Virus record (IMG/VR): IMGVR_UViG_3300032315_001604
Location: 64,001 to 128,000 of that record
DNA from: a virus
Strand: one strand, 5' to 3'
Length of the DNA: 64,000 nt
In this document: in pieces, positions 29,283 through 39,514 of the stretch
Layout of the letters: each line of letters starts with the position of its first letter
Numbering within the stretch: the stretch's first letter is position 1
Position numbers and translations under genes: made by a program
The notes under the pieces: generated by a model
What the model was told of the DNA's origin: nothing
The model's database searches: none
Seen by the model: the letters and a program-made list of their open reading frames with translations, nothing else

Positions 29283-31082
29283 TCAAGAGATCATTTGAGT
29301 CTGGTTTTTGTTTTTTTGTAAAAAAATCACATTATCAAAATTGTTTTTAATTGAAGATTTGTTATGAGAAACAATATATATCGATTCTTCATTTAAATCC
29401 ACTCTATTCTTTAGAATATCCATAATTTTTTGTATTCCTGCTTCATCTATAGCAGAATCAAATAATTCATCATACATGCTTAATGAAAAGAAAGTTCCAG
29501 AATAAAATCGTAAAATGTCTTGAAACATAAAAAGTATAGACAAATCTATTCTTTTTCTTTCGCCGCCACTAAAGTTAAAATAAGAACATTCTTTACCTTC
29601 CAAATTTTTTATAGTTTCTTCAAATTGTTCGTTAAATACGCAAGTACATGGAGCATCTAATTTTTTAAGATAAAAATTCAATTTTTCATTTAATATATCT
29701 AACAGTTTTTTTACAATAAATGTTTTTACTCCTTCTTCTGATAAGACAAACTTAACAGAATCCAAAATAGATATATCTTTTTTTATTTCTTTTAATTTAC
29801 TTTCTAAATCTTTTATATTTTCATTTATTTTTTTAATTTCTTCTTCTGATGGATCTTTTTCTTTTTCTAAATCTACAATGAATTGTTCGTAGTCTTTAAT
29901 TTTATTATTGAACTCTTTAATTTTTTCATCTTTGGCTTCTGTGGCGTTTTTTAATTGTTCTAACTCTTTAATTTTTAAATTTATTTGTGCTATTGCACTT
30001 TTAATTTCACTTTTTTTATCATTTTGTTTTTTTAAATCGTTAAAAGCCAATGTTTTACTTTCATTTAATTCTTTTAAATTTTTTTCTATTTGCTCTGTTT
30101 TTTCTTTTACAATTTTTATTTCATCCTCAGAATATGCTCTATTACAGACAGGACATATCTCTTTTTTTTGAGATAATGTCATTTTTTCTTTTTGTATTTG
30201 TTCGAGTTTGACTTTAATTTCTGTATGATTGTTACTGAGTTGTACAATTTCTTCTTCTTTTTCGCTCAAAATCATATTTGCTTGTGATAGTTTATCTTGA
30301 GCAGTTTGAAGTTTTTTTGTTATATCCGTGATGTTTACGTTTTGTTTTTGTATTTTTTCTATTTCGTTTTTGATATTACTGATAGTTATATTAAAATTTT
30401 TTATTTTATCGTTTTTAGTTTCTTGGTATTTTTTAGATTGTTTTTCAAAAATTTCTAAATTTTTTTGTTGGTTGATAAAGTCGTTGCATTTAATATCGTT
30501 TTCTTTTTTAACGTCATTAAAATCTGATCTGGTTTTTAACAACATATCTGTAAAAATGTTTAAGTTAAAAACTCCCTCTAAAAACTTTCTTTTATCAATT
30601 TTTTTCTGTGCCATGAAAGGCAGTGTGTTATTAGCCGTCATAATGACAGCATTATTAAAAAGTTCTTCGTTTGCCCCTAATAAGGTTTTTATGAAATCAT
30701 CATTATTTGGTATAGTTGATAATGTAACATCTTTATCATCACAAAAAATTTGTATTTTACTTGGTCCTAAAAATCTTTTAATGTTGTAAGTTGATGTTGT
30801 TTTGTCATGATTAATGATATCGAAAAACAATGAGACTTCGCAGTCTTTTTTTGTTTTATTGTGTATAATTTTATCGTTTTTAATTTCTCTGATAGTATTT
30901 CCAAAAATACACCAATAAATAGCCTCTATTATAGATGATTTACCTACACCATTGCGTGTGCCGTTATCTAAGTTATCGCCTGTTATTAAATTTATACCTT
31001 TAGAAAAGTTTAAAGATATAGGATTTTCCCCAATAGATAAAAAGTTTTTAATAAAAATTGATTTAAATGCAATTTTTTTCAC
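29283..31082 (-). CDS. gp46: Recombination endonuclease subunit (Rad50/SbcC-like)
   Basis: KNFLSIG, NGVGKSS, coiled coil with a CPVC hook, FSGGERKRIDL, YDELFD and VSH. Confidence 0.93.
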   Translation of the reverse strand: MKKIAFKSIFIKNFLSIGENPISLNFSKGINLITGDNLDNGTRNGVGKSSIIEAIYWCIFGNTIREIKNDKIIHNKTKKDCEVSLFFDIINHDKTTSTYNIKRFLGPSKIQIFCDDKDVTLSTIPNNDDFIKTLLGANEELFNNAVIMTANNTLPFMAQKKIDKRKFLEGVFNLNIFTDMLLKTRSDFNDVKKENDIKCNDFINQQKNLEIFEKQSKKYQETKNDKIKNFNITISNIKNEIEKIQKQNVNITDITKKLQTAQDKLSQANMILSEKEEEIVQLSNNHTEIKVKLEQIQKEKMTLSQKKEICPVCNRAYSEDEIKIVKEKTEQIEKNLKELNESKTLAFNDLKKQNDKKSEIKSAIAQINLKIKELEQLKNATEAKDEKIKEFNNKIKDYEQFIVDLEKEKDPSEEEIKKINENIKDLESKLKEIKKDISILDSVKFVLSEEGVKTFIVKKLLDILNEKLNFYLKKLDAPCTCVFNEQFEETIKNLEGKECSYFNFSGGERKRIDLSILFMFQDILRFYSGTFFSLSMYDELFDSAIDEAGIQKIMDILKNRVDLNEESIYIVSHNKSSIKNNFDNVIFLQKNKNQTQMIS

Positions 31083-31091
31083 TGATACTAA

Positions 31092-31119
31092 ATTATATCA
31101 CACTTAATTTTTTTGTAAA
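31092..31119 (-). promoter_or_regulatory. sigma70-like promoter for gp46
   Basis: TTTACA-N16-TATAAT with an extended TG, 9 nt before the GTG. Confidence 0.6.
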
Positions 31120-31964
31120 GTATCAATCAAATATTTGGCTGATGCGATGGTAGTTAAATGTTTTTTAGTGTGTTCAAAAACTTCATTTAAAAGTTCATAA
31201 TATCTATCATTGACTGTTCCGCTGTTAAAAATGCCGTTTGCTTCAAGTATTTCATTTTTAGGAAAATTAAACATAGTTTGAGATGGGCAACGTTCTAGAT
31301 CTGGAAAATGTGGCATACAATAATTTGCTAAAATCTCATAATGTCTCATGCAATCCCATCCACCTTTTTTATGTGTTCTACCAAAAAATGCTTCTTTATA
31401 GTTATTATAATATTCTTTTTCTGATTGATATATGTAACCAGAACCAGAATTACTAGGCAAATAATCTGCTAAAAACTTAGTTTTTTCAATTTTTGATATA
31501 TCTGTAACAATTTTTTCTTCAGGAATAGAAAAAGATATCGGATATATTTTTGGTATATTAACTAACAATTCCCTTTTAAAAAAGGGAATATTTTTTGTAT
31601 TGACTAATATATAGTCATCTTCTCCATCTACAGCCGCAATTTTATCTTTAGGATAGTTTTCCACAACCAAATTCAAATAATCTTTGCAACGACGAATACT
31701 ACCATAAACAATATAATCAAAATATTTGTTTTTAATTTTTAATTCTATATCAGATTTATCATTTAAATACTTGGGAAGATTGCCCCAAATGGTAAATCCC
31801 TTACCTGAACTGTTAAGTAGCTGTTCAGGTGTTGTGTGTTCTTTATACATTAAAAAATAGTCATCGGTGTGTGTTAAGTCTTCTCCTAATAAGCTATATA
31901 AGCCGTGTAAAAGACAATCACACTGGTAATCTGGTTGTCCTAAAGATATAAAAAGAACTTTCAT
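31104..31964 (-). CDS. Putative glycosyltransferase (GT-B-like)
   Basis: DYQCDCLLHG, AVDGED, FFKRE and KKGGWDCMRHYEILA; the ATG at 31964 (MKVLFI) avoids overlap, while the track gives 32000. Confidence 0.55.
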   Translation of the reverse strand: MKVLFISLGQPDYQCDCLLHGLYSLLGEDLTHTDDYFLMYKEHTTPEQLLNSSGKGFTIWGNLPKYLNDKSDIELKIKNKYFDYIVYGSIRRCKDYLNLVVENYPKDKIAAVDGEDDYILVNTKNIPFFKRELLVNIPKIYPISFSIPEEKIVTDISKIEKTKFLADYLPSNSGSGYIYQSEKEYYNNYKEAFFGRTHKKGGWDCMRHYEILANYCMPHFPDLERCPSQTMFNFPKNEILEANGIFNSGTVNDRYYELLNEVFEHTKKHLTTIASAKYLIDTLQKN

Positions 31965-31965
31965 T

Positions 31966-32748
31966 TTAGATAAATTTATAAAAATTTTGAAACCAATCAC
32001 CTTGCATCAAATTAAATAACTCTGGATTTTTTTGATACGTAAAGGCATATATAGTTTGGTCATCATTGATTGCTTTTGCATTTAAAAACTCTTCTATTAC
32101 TTCAAAACATAAATTTTTAAGTTCTATTAATGGTTGCGCTTTTCCTGCAAACATAGAACCAGTAATACTCACTCTAGGATCGAGATATGAAGATAAAGCG
32201 ATTTGATCAGACAGAGTTAAAAAATGAACCTTATTATCGTCTAAAATTTTAATTTTTTCTGGATCTGGGTATTGTTTTAAACAATATTCTTGCGGAAAAC
32301 GATTATGATAGAATCCTGCATCCATCCATATAAAATAATCGCTTAAAAACGGATTTTCTTTTACTGTTTGCTCTATAAAACTGACTTTATTAAAATTAAT
32401 AATGTTATATTCAGGATAAAGCATTTCTGGTGTATGTTGTTCGTTTCTTTTTTTAAAAAAATCTAAGCTATCCATTACGTTTTTACTTTTTAAATAAAAT
32501 TTTTGAAATGCTTCTAAATTTGAAAAAGAATTTATGATAAATTTTGTTTTTTGAAATGATGGATCTACTTCAGATCTTAAAAGTTTTACTGTATCGTAAT
32601 CCTTTTCATCAATGTATATAACCATATTGCAGTCTAATGAAAGGACATTTTTAAAATATTTAAAATACTCTTGATAAGATCTTTGAAAGATATTATTCCA
32701 AGATCCTCTGCCTATATCATATAGACTAGTAACGATTGTAGTGCTCAT
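31966..32748 (-). CDS. HtrL/YibB (WlaTC-like) family glycosyltransferase
   Basis: TIVTSLYDIGR, YNIINFNKV, NPFLSDYFIWMDAG, GSMFAG and DDQTI. Confidence 0.8.
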   Translation of the reverse strand: MSTTIVTSLYDIGRGSWNNIFQRSYQEYFKYFKNVLSLDCNMVIYIDEKDYDTVKLLRSEVDPSFQKTKFIINSFSNLEAFQKFYLKSKNVMDSLDFFKKRNEQHTPEMLYPEYNIINFNKVSFIEQTVKENPFLSDYFIWMDAGFYHNRFPQEYCLKQYPDPEKIKILDDNKVHFLTLSDQIALSSYLDPRVSITGSMFAGKAQPLIELKNLCFEVIEEFLNAKAINDDQTIYAFTYQKNPELFNLMQGDWFQNFYKFI

Positions 32749-33407
32749 TAATCTAAAACTTCTTGGCCATCGGGTGCTAAATTTCCTGATAGATTAATCT
32801 TATCAGTATTATGGATTATATCAAATTCAAAGATTTGATATTTATAAAAACTATGTTCAAGATCTATATAAAGACCTTTATTGTTTAACATTTCAGATAA
32901 GTTTTTTTCAAATTTATCTGCATAAGAAAATGGGAATCTATAATATCTAGTATCGCAAATGCCTTGATTTGACCAAGTATTAGTATCTTTTTTCTTTATC
33001 AGAATTTTATCTAATGGACAGTTGGTAAAATCGTGATGATCTGTTAAGAAATATCTTCCTGATATTTTGCTAACGGTTAAAATGTTTTTCTCGGCTTTTA
33101 ACTGATTAAAATAATCAGATTTTAAATAATTTAAAATTAAAGTGGCTTCTCCTATACTTTTATGTAAATTGCTTATATCGAAATATAAGAGGTTGTGAAT
33201 TTTACTTTCTTTAAGTTTTGCAATATCTTCTTTTGTCAGGATACTTCCTTCTAATACCACTATATAAGGGTTTGGTATTTTTTTATAAATTGAACTGATA
33301 GTTAAATCTGTTAACTGTTTAAGTCTTTCATTTGGACTATAAATCGATGAATGAAAGGGATAAATTACAGATGTGACAACAACTAAATTTATTTTTTTAG
33401 AGTCCAT
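32748..33407 (-). CDS. Putative glycan-modifying protein (GT-A-like)
   Basis: VVVTSVI, ERLKQ, VLEGS, KSIGEA and KISGRY; glycosylation-island context. Confidence 0.4.
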   Translation of the reverse strand: MDSKKINLVVVTSVIYPFHSSIYSPNERLKQLTDLTISSIYKKIPNPYIVVLEGSILTKEDIAKLKESKIHNLLYFDISNLHKSIGEATLILNYLKSDYFNQLKAEKNILTVSKISGRYFLTDHHDFTNCPLDKILIKKKDTNTWSNQGICDTRYYRFPFSYADKFEKNLSEMLNNKGLYIDLEHSFYKYQIFEFDIIHNTDKINLSGNLAPDGQEVLD

Positions 33408-34033
33408 TTAATGTCATGTTCACACCATTCTTCAGGAACATCTTCGAACACCCCATCTGTCAAATTTCCCCACCCTTTAGCAATTTTAATATATTTTTCA
33501 CCTAAAATATTATTAAAATTTGATTCTTTATTTTGATTTTCTACAATCTCATTATTATAAATTGTAGGTTTGTTATCTTTTTCGACTTCGCATTGTATTT
33601 CATCAATCAAACCTTTATTAATATATGGTTCAAGAGTTTTTAAAACTATCAAATCATATCCTTGTAAATCGCTAATATATGTATCGATTTTTTGGATATT
33701 GTTTTCTTGACAAAAATTAAAAAGATTAATTGTAGGAACTGTTAATTGCTCTGATGTTTGGATACATGAAAATAATTCATTGTTAACATTTGGAGTTAAA
33801 ATAGAACTAGAATCTCCATTATTTTTAGAAATATTAAAAGTGATAACTGTATTGTGTTTTTCGCAAATTGCTGCATTAATAATCGTTACGTTTTGATTTG
33901 TCGCAAAACGTTGTTTTAAGATTTGACAAAATCTTGGATTTGCTTCAAATGCATATATTTGTTCATATTCAGAAATAAAATTGGATACAGAGTTTCCATG
34001 ATGAGCACCGACATAAATTAATGTTTTTTTCAT
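33389..34033 (-). CDS. FkbM-family SAM methyltransferase
   Basis: LIYVGAHHG, IYAFEAN, SSSIL and SDLQGYDLIVL. Confidence 0.8.
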   Translation of the reverse strand: MKKTLIYVGAHHGNSVSNFISEYEQIYAFEANPRFCQILKQRFATNQNVTIINAAICEKHNTVITFNISKNNGDSSSILTPNVNNELFSCIQTSEQLTVPTINLFNFCQENNIQKIDTYISDLQGYDLIVLKTLEPYINKGLIDEIQCEVEKDNKPTIYNNEIVENQNKESNFNNILGEKYIKIAKGWGNLTDGVFEDVPEEWCEHDIKWTLKK

Positions 34034-34037
34034 AATA

Positions 34038-34529
34038 TTAATAATCTATAATAAGAATATCTTTTGGATGCCAACGATCAGCTTCATATGAAATTTTGGC
34101 ATTTGGTTTATATTTTTTAATTAGATCGGTGATTGTTTGTATGTTAACACTTTGATCAAAGTTTTCATATAGTCGCATATCATCCACATATATAAGTTCT
34201 CCGTCTATGTTTCTAGATAAAATCATTTGTAGCTCAGTTATTAGTGGTGTAGAATCGCTCATATGAGCATCTAACCAAAACGTAAAAGCAGTATTTAAAT
34301 TGCTGTCCAAAACTTCTTTTAATTTTAAAGAAGAATCTCCTAAAATCATTTGAACTTTTGGTTCATTTGAAAATCTATCTACACAATGTTTGTAATATTG
34401 TTCTACTAATTCTATCGCATAAATTTTTGAAAATCCACTATCTAAAGCTAATTGAATACTATAGCCTTCAAATGCTCCAGTTTCTATATACGACTCCGTT
34501 TTTTTATAAAAAGTAGATTCTTTTGGCAT
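34038..34529 (-). CDS. Class I SAM-dependent methyltransferase-like protein
   Basis: IETGAFEG, IYAIEL, LGDSS, FWLDAH and YVDDMR. Confidence 0.65.
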   Translation of the reverse strand: MPKESTFYKKTESYIETGAFEGYSIQLALDSGFSKIYAIELVEQYYKHCVDRFSNEPKVQMILGDSSLKLKEVLDSNLNTAFTFWLDAHMSDSTPLITELQMILSRNIDGELIYVDDMRLYENFDQSVNIQTITDLIKKYKPNAKISYEADRWHPKDILIIDY

Positions 34530-34532
34530 TTT

Positions 34533-35846
34533 TTAAATTTGTGTGTTGTTATACACACTGTTTTCTCCTGTTTGTAAACATGCTGTATTTGCTTCGGTGT
34601 GAACATACGCATGTAAAGGCTTATCGATAAAAAATTCTGTTTTTGCGTCTCTCCATAACTGAGAAACCCAACCAAAATCTTCACATATGTTATTGCTAGG
34701 TACTCTATATTTTTGAGCTAGTTTTCTGTTCCATGCACAAATATGATATGGTTTTCTCTTAAAGATTGTATCTGGTGAATATGTTTCGTTTTCATTTTGA
34801 AGACCAAATACTACTATAGATTTTGGATTTTCTTCAATAAAACAGTTTTGTTTAAATGTAATAACGTCTACATCAGGATTATTTTTAATAGCATTTACTA
34901 ATTCTATTACATAATCGTTAGATATATCATCGTCATCATCAACAAAAGCAACAAATTGACCTACTGCGGATTGTATTAAATTATCTCTTTTTCGGCCAAC
35001 AGTTCTAACTTTATTATCTATGAGTATTAAATGTTCTACTTTTTTTTCAAGATTGTGTTGTTTTATTTGCTGTTCAATTTTATCAATCAATTTTTTTAAA
35101 CTAGTTCCAATTCTTGATGGAATGCTAGGTGTCAATATAGAAAGATGTGGTAGGAATGGATTTAAATCAAAATTTAATTTATGTCTTTTTTCATATGTGA
35201 CTTTATCTATATTAAAATAAGATTCGTTTCTTGCATATAATTCATCAAAATTTGTTTTTTGATATACAGGATGAGCATGTTCGATAATGACGTTATCAAG
35301 TTTATAACATTTTCCTAAAAAATTTGAAACATCTGTAAACTCATTATCACACCAAAGACTTATATATTCTGGATTGTATATGTAATTGAATCTTTGATAA
35401 TATTTGTGACCCAAAATGCACAAAGTATTAATTTTATCTTGTCCACCATCACTATACCATAAAACACCATCCATGTTTCTATGATATGCAAGCATGTCAT
35501 TACGAATGATATCGTCATATCCATCTACTATAGGAATCATATCATCTGAAGCAAGTAACAGTATATGCCACCCTCCTACTTTTTCCATATCTGCATTAAT
35601 TGCTTGAACTTTTGTTTTATTATGACCAAAAAAATAAACTAATTTTATTTTTTTCTTAAATTCTTCAAGTCTTGATATAACTTGAGGATTATTCATAGCT
35701 GGATCATCAACATCGCAGCTTATAACAAAAGCTATATCATTTTTATTTGTTGCTTTACTATAATATAACTCTAAAACTTGAAAAAATTTTTCAGGTCTTC
35801 CCCTTGTTGGGAATTTAATTAATAAGTTTAATGAATCGGATATCAT
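34533..35846 (-). CDS. Two-domain GT-A (GT2-like) glycosyltransferase
   Basis: Domain 1: FPTRGRP...LLASDDM...SLWCDNE. Domain 2: SILTPSIPSR...RKRDNL...VAFVDDDD. Confidence 0.75.
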   Translation of the reverse strand: MISDSLNLLIKFPTRGRPEKFFQVLELYYSKATNKNDIAFVISCDVDDPAMNNPQVISRLEEFKKKIKLVYFFGHNKTKVQAINADMEKVGGWHILLLASDDMIPIVDGYDDIIRNDMLAYHRNMDGVLWYSDGGQDKINTLCILGHKYYQRFNYIYNPEYISLWCDNEFTDVSNFLGKCYKLDNVIIEHAHPVYQKTNFDELYARNESYFNIDKVTYEKRHKLNFDLNPFLPHLSILTPSIPSRIGTSLKKLIDKIEQQIKQHNLEKKVEHLILIDNKVRTVGRKRDNLIQSAVGQFVAFVDDDDDISNDYVIELVNAIKNNPDVDVITFKQNCFIEENPKSIVVFGLQNENETYSPDTIFKRKPYHICAWNRKLAQKYRVPSNNICEDFGWVSQLWRDAKTEFFIDKPLHAYVHTEANTACLQTGENSVYNNTQI

Positions 35847-36844
35847 AAATTCTCTAAAAATACTTGATTAAACTGTTTCATAACATTTTGTGGATTATAC
35901 CACTGATAAGAGTTATAATCCACATTTTTATTTGGTACAAAATTCATAAAAATGTCAAATAAATCGTTTTCTTCTTCGTAATATATAGCATCATTTTTAA
36001 GAATATCAATATATCCTTTACCGATACCATGTTTCCATGTAATAATAGGTTTATTTAAGGCACAGAATTCTGCAATAGCTAATCCAAATGTTTCTCCATG
36101 ATGTCTGGCATGAATCATTGCGTCAGTAGCAGCAATATATCGATATTTTTCTTTTAAATCGATAATTGGATCTACATAAATCAATCTTTCATGTGAAAGA
36201 AAGGGGTTTGTACAAATCATTAAAAAATATAAATCTTTTCTTTGATTTAAAACTTTGTTTATAGCGTTATAAACAAAAGGTAAATTAAAATCATTATATC
36301 CTCCTATTCTTCCATAAACAAAAGCATCTTCAGGAATATTAAGTTTATGTCTAATTTCTTTTTTGGCTGCTACTGCGTCTATTTGAGGGGTGTTGATAAT
36401 ATGTGAAACGTAAGGTATTTTGCCTTGAGAGCATGTATCAGATAACCATTTAGATACATATGCAAATCTATCACCATGAACATTACTCATAGGTTGAGGA
36501 AAAACCGAGTGAATAAGCATTTTTGCATGTTTTGAATAAAACCCTGTAGGTTCACCCGATTTTATATTATAAACAGCATCAATTTTTTCTTTCAAAATGA
36601 AAGAATCTAATTCTTCATAATTTTTATATTCAATCAAATTAAATTTTAATTTTAAAGAATCTATAGTTTTATCTACATAATTTTTGTAAAACGGTTCATT
36701 CCATGGAAAAACATCAATTCTTTTGCCAAAAGCTAAAAAAGATTTGTTTTTTAAAATTTTTTCATTAAAAAATGCATAATCTAACAAAGCTCTGGTAGAA
36801 CCTTGCATTGAAAATTGTTCTTCTAAAAAAAGTATATTTTTCAT
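35843..36844 (-). CDS. GT-B fold glycosyltransferase
   Basis: MQGSTRALLDYA, IKSG, FVYGRIGGYNDF and AMIHARHHGETFGLAIAEF. Confidence 0.7.
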   Translation of the reverse strand: MKNILFLEEQFSMQGSTRALLDYAFFNEKILKNKSFLAFGKRIDVFPWNEPFYKNYVDKTIDSLKLKFNLIEYKNYEELDSFILKEKIDAVYNIKSGEPTGFYSKHAKMLIHSVFPQPMSNVHGDRFAYVSKWLSDTCSQGKIPYVSHIINTPQIDAVAAKKEIRHKLNIPEDAFVYGRIGGYNDFNLPFVYNAINKVLNQRKDLYFLMICTNPFLSHERLIYVDPIIDLKEKYRYIAATDAMIHARHHGETFGLAIAEFCALNKPIITWKHGIGKGYIDILKNDAIYYEEENDLFDIFMNFVPNKNVDYNSYQWYNPQNVMKQFNQVFLENL

Positions 36845-37392
36845 TGTGTTTGAGAAGGTTGATAAAAATATATTGGAGTTTTGATATAAACTTCAGTTTT
36901 CAATAAAGTTTTTAAACGTAAAGAGTAATCGTAATCTTCCCCAACTGAAATATCAAGAAAATCTATTGATAATGCAATTTCTTTTTTAATAGGATTCAAA
37001 TGATTTGGGCATCTGTAATGAACATTATTTTTAGTATACCAAGAAGAATATTGAATAGAATGTACAAATTTTTCTTTTTTATTGCGATTGATAATCATAC
37101 CTTCTATTCCACAGCAATCTGGGTTTTTATATGAAATTGCTGTTAAAATTTTAACAACATAATCATCGGAAACCCAATCATCATCATCGATAAAAACTAC
37201 ATACTCGCCTTTAGCTGAACGTAATAATTCATTTCTTTTTAAGCCTATACTTTTTTCTCCAGAATCTATGTTAGCCAAAAGCTCAACATCAGGACAAAAT
37301 TTAATTTGTTCAGTTAAATGTCTGTTTAACTTTTTAAATTTGTTAGTTCTATTATGTAGAGTACAAGTTAATATAGAAAGTTTTTTATTCAT
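36841..37392 (-). CDS. GT2-like glycosyltransferase
   Basis: LSILTCTL, SIGLKRNEL, YVVFIDDDD and VGED; paralogous to domain 2 of 34533..35846. Confidence 0.75.
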   Translation of the reverse strand: MNKKLSILTCTLHNRTNKFKKLNRHLTEQIKFCPDVELLANIDSGEKSIGLKRNELLRSAKGEYVVFIDDDDWVSDDYVVKILTAISYKNPDCCGIEGMIINRNKKEKFVHSIQYSSWYTKNNVHYRCPNHLNPIKKEIALSIDFLDISVGEDYDYSLRLKTLLKTEVYIKTPIYFYQPSQTQ

Positions 37393-39514
37393 TTACTTTA
37401 TAAATTAATAATCCATCTGATCCTACTCTTCTTTCAAAAAATGGTATATCTAAAAATAAGTTATAATCTAATGATTTAAAAAATTCTTTACATTCATTGT
37501 GCCAAAAATCAGAATGTGTTAATATATACACATGTTTTATTTTTTTATTTATAAAAAGTTCTTTATTTTCATTTAAAAGTGTTGTTTCTGATCCATCAAT
37601 ATCAAAATGTAATACATCAATTTCTATTATATTATGTTCTTTAAAAATCTCATAAAGTGTTATTGGTTTGACTTGAAAATTTTTAATATTTTGATTTGTT
37701 TGAATTACCCAATCATTACCAATACCATTATTATAAAAAATTCCTTCACAATTATTAATCTCAAAATGTTTTTTTCCTAATTCCAAATAAGGTATATGCG
37801 GTTCTATCATTATATTAATAGTATTATTTTTACCTAAAATGTGTTTAAATAGTAAAGAATAATATGCTTGATTAGCACCTACTTCGATCATAATATATGG
37901 AGGTTTATTTTTTTTAAATTCTAAAGTATTTTTTTCAAAATTTTCAATTAAATCGATTTCTGAATCATCTTGATAATATTCCCAAACGTTTTCATGTCCT
38001 TGATTTTTTAAAATTTTAAAATTATATTTTTTTGTGTATGTTTGTTTTTTGGCAACTTTAATATGTTTAAAATCTAAATTTTGATTGATATCAATTTGAT
38101 ATTCATTTAAATTAATATTTTTAAATCCGTTGTCAAACATGTTAGTTTTGCCTGATTGTTCATCTTCTCTTTTTTGTCCGTTCACATAATGTGCTTTTAC
38201 TTCTACATCGTTTAATAATCTTGTTTGATGTGGAACAGAATAAAATTTGCCAAAAGGGTGCGTATAAATTTTCAAACCTACTTTTTCTACACGATTTCCT
38301 AGTGTTCTGTCTTCAGATCCCCACCCTATATAATCAATCGGATATCCATTAACTGCTTCAAAATGTTCTTTTCGAAAAACTATAACTCCTCCCATTGTTG
38401 CATCTGGATTTTGTATATAATCGAATTGACTACAATATGTGCTCATATGCACAGGTGTTTCTGGATATGAATAATCTGCAATTTCGGGTATTAGATCTAC
38501 ATCATGAAAACAGTAATAATTAAAATTGGGATTAAATAAAAATGCTATATTATTTAATAATCCTTTATTAAAAAGATCATTATCATTTTGTTCTACAACA
38601 ACAATTTCATATTTAGAAACTTGTTTTGATAGGACGTTTTTAAGAGCAGGAATTAGCTGATCTAATGCTGTTTTTCTATCTCTATATGGAATAACGACAC
38701 ACAATTCCTTATCGTTATTGATTAATTTTTTACGACTATAGTTTGTCTGCAACACTACTAAACTTTTGAGTAAATTTTTAATTCCCAAATCTTGAATAGT
38801 ATTTGTAAAGTGACCCCATTTTTTAGTAAAAAATTCTGCTGATTTTTGCCAATTTTCTTGATATTTTTCTTTATTTGTAATAGATGAATTTGCACTACTA
38901 CCTTCTATATCAGTTAAATAATCTTCACTGTTATAAAGATCAGGGAAATACCAAAAAGGAGGAGCAACGTTTTTTTGAATTAAATTGTAAGCAAAGTCGA
39001 TATGCTCAAATGCATTGGTATAATTTTCATCAAAATATCCCAACTTTTTAAGTAATTGGGCATTGATATACATAAATGCTCCTTGTGGATTGTGATAGAA
39101 ACCTATTTTTACTCCATCTGGTTGTTCGTGGACGTATTTTAAGCTCTTTTCATTGTCAGCTACCTTTTCATAACACAAATGATGAATTCCTGTTGAATTA
39201 GCAGCTTTAATATATTCTTCAAAAACATTAGAGTCTTTTACAATAATATCATCTTCTATTAAGAATAGATGTTCGCACCCCAAATTAATTAGCTCTTTAA
39301 GAGCTTTGTTTTTTGATTTAGCTACCCCTAATTGTTTATTGTTATGAATAACTGTATCTGCATCTGCTGGATTTACATATGCATCTTCTCCATCATTTAC
39401 TATGACTAGTTTATCCATCTTATCTTTTGGTAAAGATGCATAAACTTTACTATAATAATCAGGGCGATTATATGTAATAATACCAACACCTATTCTTGAT
39501 GATACAGTTTCCAT
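37385..39514 (-). CDS. Tri-domain protein: GT2-like + GT7 (galactosyltransferase-like) + FkbM-like methyltransferase
   Basis: Domain 1: IGVGIITYNRP..LFLIEDDI. Domain 2: VIPYRDR..FNKGLLNN..CFHDVDLIP..GGV..VNGYP..GWGSED. Domain 3: IEVGANQAYYS..LHFDIDGSE. Confidence 0.8.
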   Translation of the reverse strand: METVSSRIGVGIITYNRPDYYSKVYASLPKDKMDKLVIVNDGEDAYVNPADADTVIHNNKQLGVAKSKNKALKELINLGCEHLFLIEDDIIVKDSNVFEEYIKAANSTGIHHLCYEKVADNEKSLKYVHEQPDGVKIGFYHNPQGAFMYINAQLLKKLGYFDENYTNAFEHIDFAYNLIQKNVAPPFWYFPDLYNSEDYLTDIEGSSANSSITNKEKYQENWQKSAEFFTKKWGHFTNTIQDLGIKNLLKSLVVLQTNYSRKKLINNDKELCVVIPYRDRKTALDQLIPALKNVLSKQVSKYEIVVVEQNDNDLFNKGLLNNIAFLFNPNFNYYCFHDVDLIPEIADYSYPETPVHMSTYCSQFDYIQNPDATMGGVIVFRKEHFEAVNGYPIDYIGWGSEDRTLGNRVEKVGLKIYTHPFGKFYSVPHQTRLLNDVEVKAHYVNGQKREDEQSGKTNMFDNGFKNINLNEYQIDINQNLDFKHIKVAKKQTYTKKYNFKILKNQGHENVWEYYQDDSEIDLIENFEKNTLEFKKNKPPYIMIEVGANQAYYSLLFKHILGKNNTINIMIEPHIPYLELGKKHFEINNCEGIFYNNGIGNDWVIQTNQNIKNFQVKPITLYEIFKEHNIIEIDVLHFDIDGSETTLLNENKELFINKKIKHVYILTHSDFWHNECKEFFKSLDYNLFLDIPFFERRVGSDGLLIYKVNE

